A stretch of DNA of 38,189 nucleotides, from the NCBI GenBank assembly GCA_001655205.1, contig LPNZ01010304.1:1-38189 (forward strand). Direction: 5' to 3'. Position numbers and translations under genes: made by a program. A model generated the notes under the pieces. The model was not told where the DNA came from. It was given only the letters and a program-made list of their open reading frames with translations, and searched no databases. Positions 37,301-38,189 of this stretch are shown here, in pieces (position 1 is the first letter of the stretch; every line of letters starts with the position of its first letter). The DNA comes from Lenisia limosa. Lineage: Eukaryota > Protista > Breviatea.

Positions 37301-38050
37301 TATGATATATTATATAGTTCCTGACATACATCACGGCCCAGATGCGCTGCTCAAGGTCTTGCCCCACGTTGTTCTCGCAGCCACGCCACCCGTCACCCCC
37401 CGCTACACCGCTGGAAACCCCCATGCTGCGGTGAGCTGCAAATATCAATTGGATACTGCCCAAATCCACGTTTATTTCAGCAATCTCTAACAAAATTCAA
37501 TTATTGGCACGAATCTTGTTTTGAATTGGGTTGTTTTTTCCCCAACTCTTGTTGCCATGTCCATGACATTTGGCTCATTTATTGACTTTTCTCATGCCCC
37601 CCTCCCCCAGGCGCTGTATATGATGTGCGCCTCACCCAGCCTCATTGGTCACGTGTCGGCTGTCCAGACCCTGCTCTTTGCTAAGTGCAAGCCCATCTAC
37701 ACTGTCATGAAGTGGGTATTGTGGATGAAGAATACAGAGGCAAATGATTAAATGAATTGATATTATACTCTAATCCAATACCTCTTATAAGTGTGATGGT
37801 GTGGACGGCTNNNNNNNNNNNNNNNNNNNNNNNNNNNNNNNNNNNNNNNNNNNNNNNNNNNNNNNNNNNNNNNNNNNNNNNNNNNNNNNNNNNNNNNNNN
37901 NNNNNNNNNNNNNNNNNNNNNNNNNNNNNNNNNNNNNNNNNNNNNNGTTCCACGTGCTGCATCAGCTCTGCTTCAGACAGTTCCCGGTCTTCGATGTTCT
38001 CAAGCAGCTCTACCACAAGTCTGCCAATGCCACGGTATGCGGACTTGAAA
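28320..38050 (+). CDS. Large multi-exon gene (or genes) of unknown function; possible N-terminal SAM-like domain and Lys/Glu-rich low-complexity region; interrupted by 10 gaps
   Basis: More than 30 exon-like segments with GT/AG ends and C-ending codon bias, e.g. DLQTVASYLSMEGFSQKDF...ASRMVLIEDGFNPVAAHVLCLHLEE; EDKIEAAIAELITVGIVNAEMNKNQ; NITNGLFPTFTSGLFWDGNEAALPSPDQASFDPEVHGGVFNNSIGGFRVITRAKSYK; VIYLLSHVASLMSHVEMIYMFTSDTGLPFLD; ILENKPSKVALAKIPHAKLRTVFFLATKHR|LILSSRVGVSAFNEKMRFLPRTLMAG; KE-rich exon 36289-36639. No catalytic motif recognised. Confidence 0.6.
34140..34238 (+). repeat. Dispersed intronic repeat family A, copy 1 (~100 bp, T-rich, ending in poly-C)
   Basis: gggctttgtttgttttgttgttagcaaccctcctgtgttgtcagccaacaagtttgtttttgggcttcttttgtttcata...atcccccc aligns with 35219-35330. 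Partial copies occur at ~5514-5550, ~33063-33097 and ~36807-36846. Confidence 0.8.
35219..35330 (+). repeat. Dispersed intronic repeat family A, copy 2
   Basis: gggctttgtttgttttgttgttctcaactctcgtgtgttgtcagccaacagagttgattttgggc(t)ngtttcataaatcttccaattttactcccccacccct, collinear with 34140-34238. Confidence 0.8.
37732..37810 (+). repeat. Dispersed repeat family B copy (truncated by a gap)
   Basis: gcaaatgattaaatgaattgatattatactctaatccaatacctcttataagtgtgatggtgtggacggct, a direct repeat of 38122-38189. Confidence 0.8.
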
Positions 38051-38108
38051 TGAAATTATTCTTGAGAGCAAGACAATGAGTAATGTGATATATATGATAT
38101 TATAACTA

Positions 38109-38189
38109 TACAGAGTTGTAAGGCAAATGATTGGGTGAATTAATATTATTCTATAATCCAATATCTCATAAGCATGATGGTGTGGACGG
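38109..38189 (+). repeat. Dispersed repeat family B copy (truncated by the window end)
   Basis: gcaaatgattgggtgaattaatattattctataatccaatatctcataagcatgatggtgtggacgg. Confidence 0.8.

Noticed and set aside
37320-37432. SDR-like C-terminal motif (GPDALLKVLPHVVLAATPPVTPRYTAG)
   Set aside because: No Rossmann GxxxGxG or YxxxK motif was found upstream, so the resemblance is too weak.
7793-38079. Numerous ORF-track entries containing X runs
   Set aside because: They are artefacts of reading through N gaps and give no evidence of coding.
1-38189. Stop-codon reassignment (ciliate-like or UGA=Trp code)
   Set aside because: Apparent in-frame stops resolve as GT-AG introns. Conserved Trp residues use TGG, and TGA, TAA and TAG all terminate predicted genes.
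1-38189. tRNA, rRNA or CRISPR features
   Set aside because: No cloverleaf, rRNA-like segment or regularly spaced repeat array was recognised by eye.

Overview
Gapped draft scaffold (16 N-runs, many next to poly-G/C tracts) from an intron-dense eukaryote. Introns are short GT-AG (about 26-130 nt, often with GTT/GTG donors and CTAAC/CTGAC branch-like motifs) and the code is standard. A protist, possibly amoebozoan, is my inference. The six-frame ORF list mostly shows exon fragments, so I rebuilt the genes by hand-splicing. From left to right: (1) a secreted Cys-rich STIG1-like repeat protein (-, runs off the left edge); (2) a signal-peptide protein whose C-terminal half resembles, from my recall of the family, a phage tail-fibre distal domain (+); (3) an unknown beta-rich protein (-); (4) a probable IPT/TIG-like secreted protein with two adjacent MITE-like elements in one intron (+); (5) a tandem HSP20/alpha-crystallin x2 plus RGS-domain fusion (+); (6) HUS1 (-); (7) an LCIB/theta-carbonic-anhydrase family gene (+); (8) a double PBX-like TALE homeodomain gene (-), with an unknown upstream gene or N-terminal part; (9) ZMAT2/SNU23 (+); (10) a large, gap-riddled gene of unknown function (+). 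Two small dispersed repeat families lie in introns or intron-like sequence. All exon boundaries are manual predictions and no database search was run.
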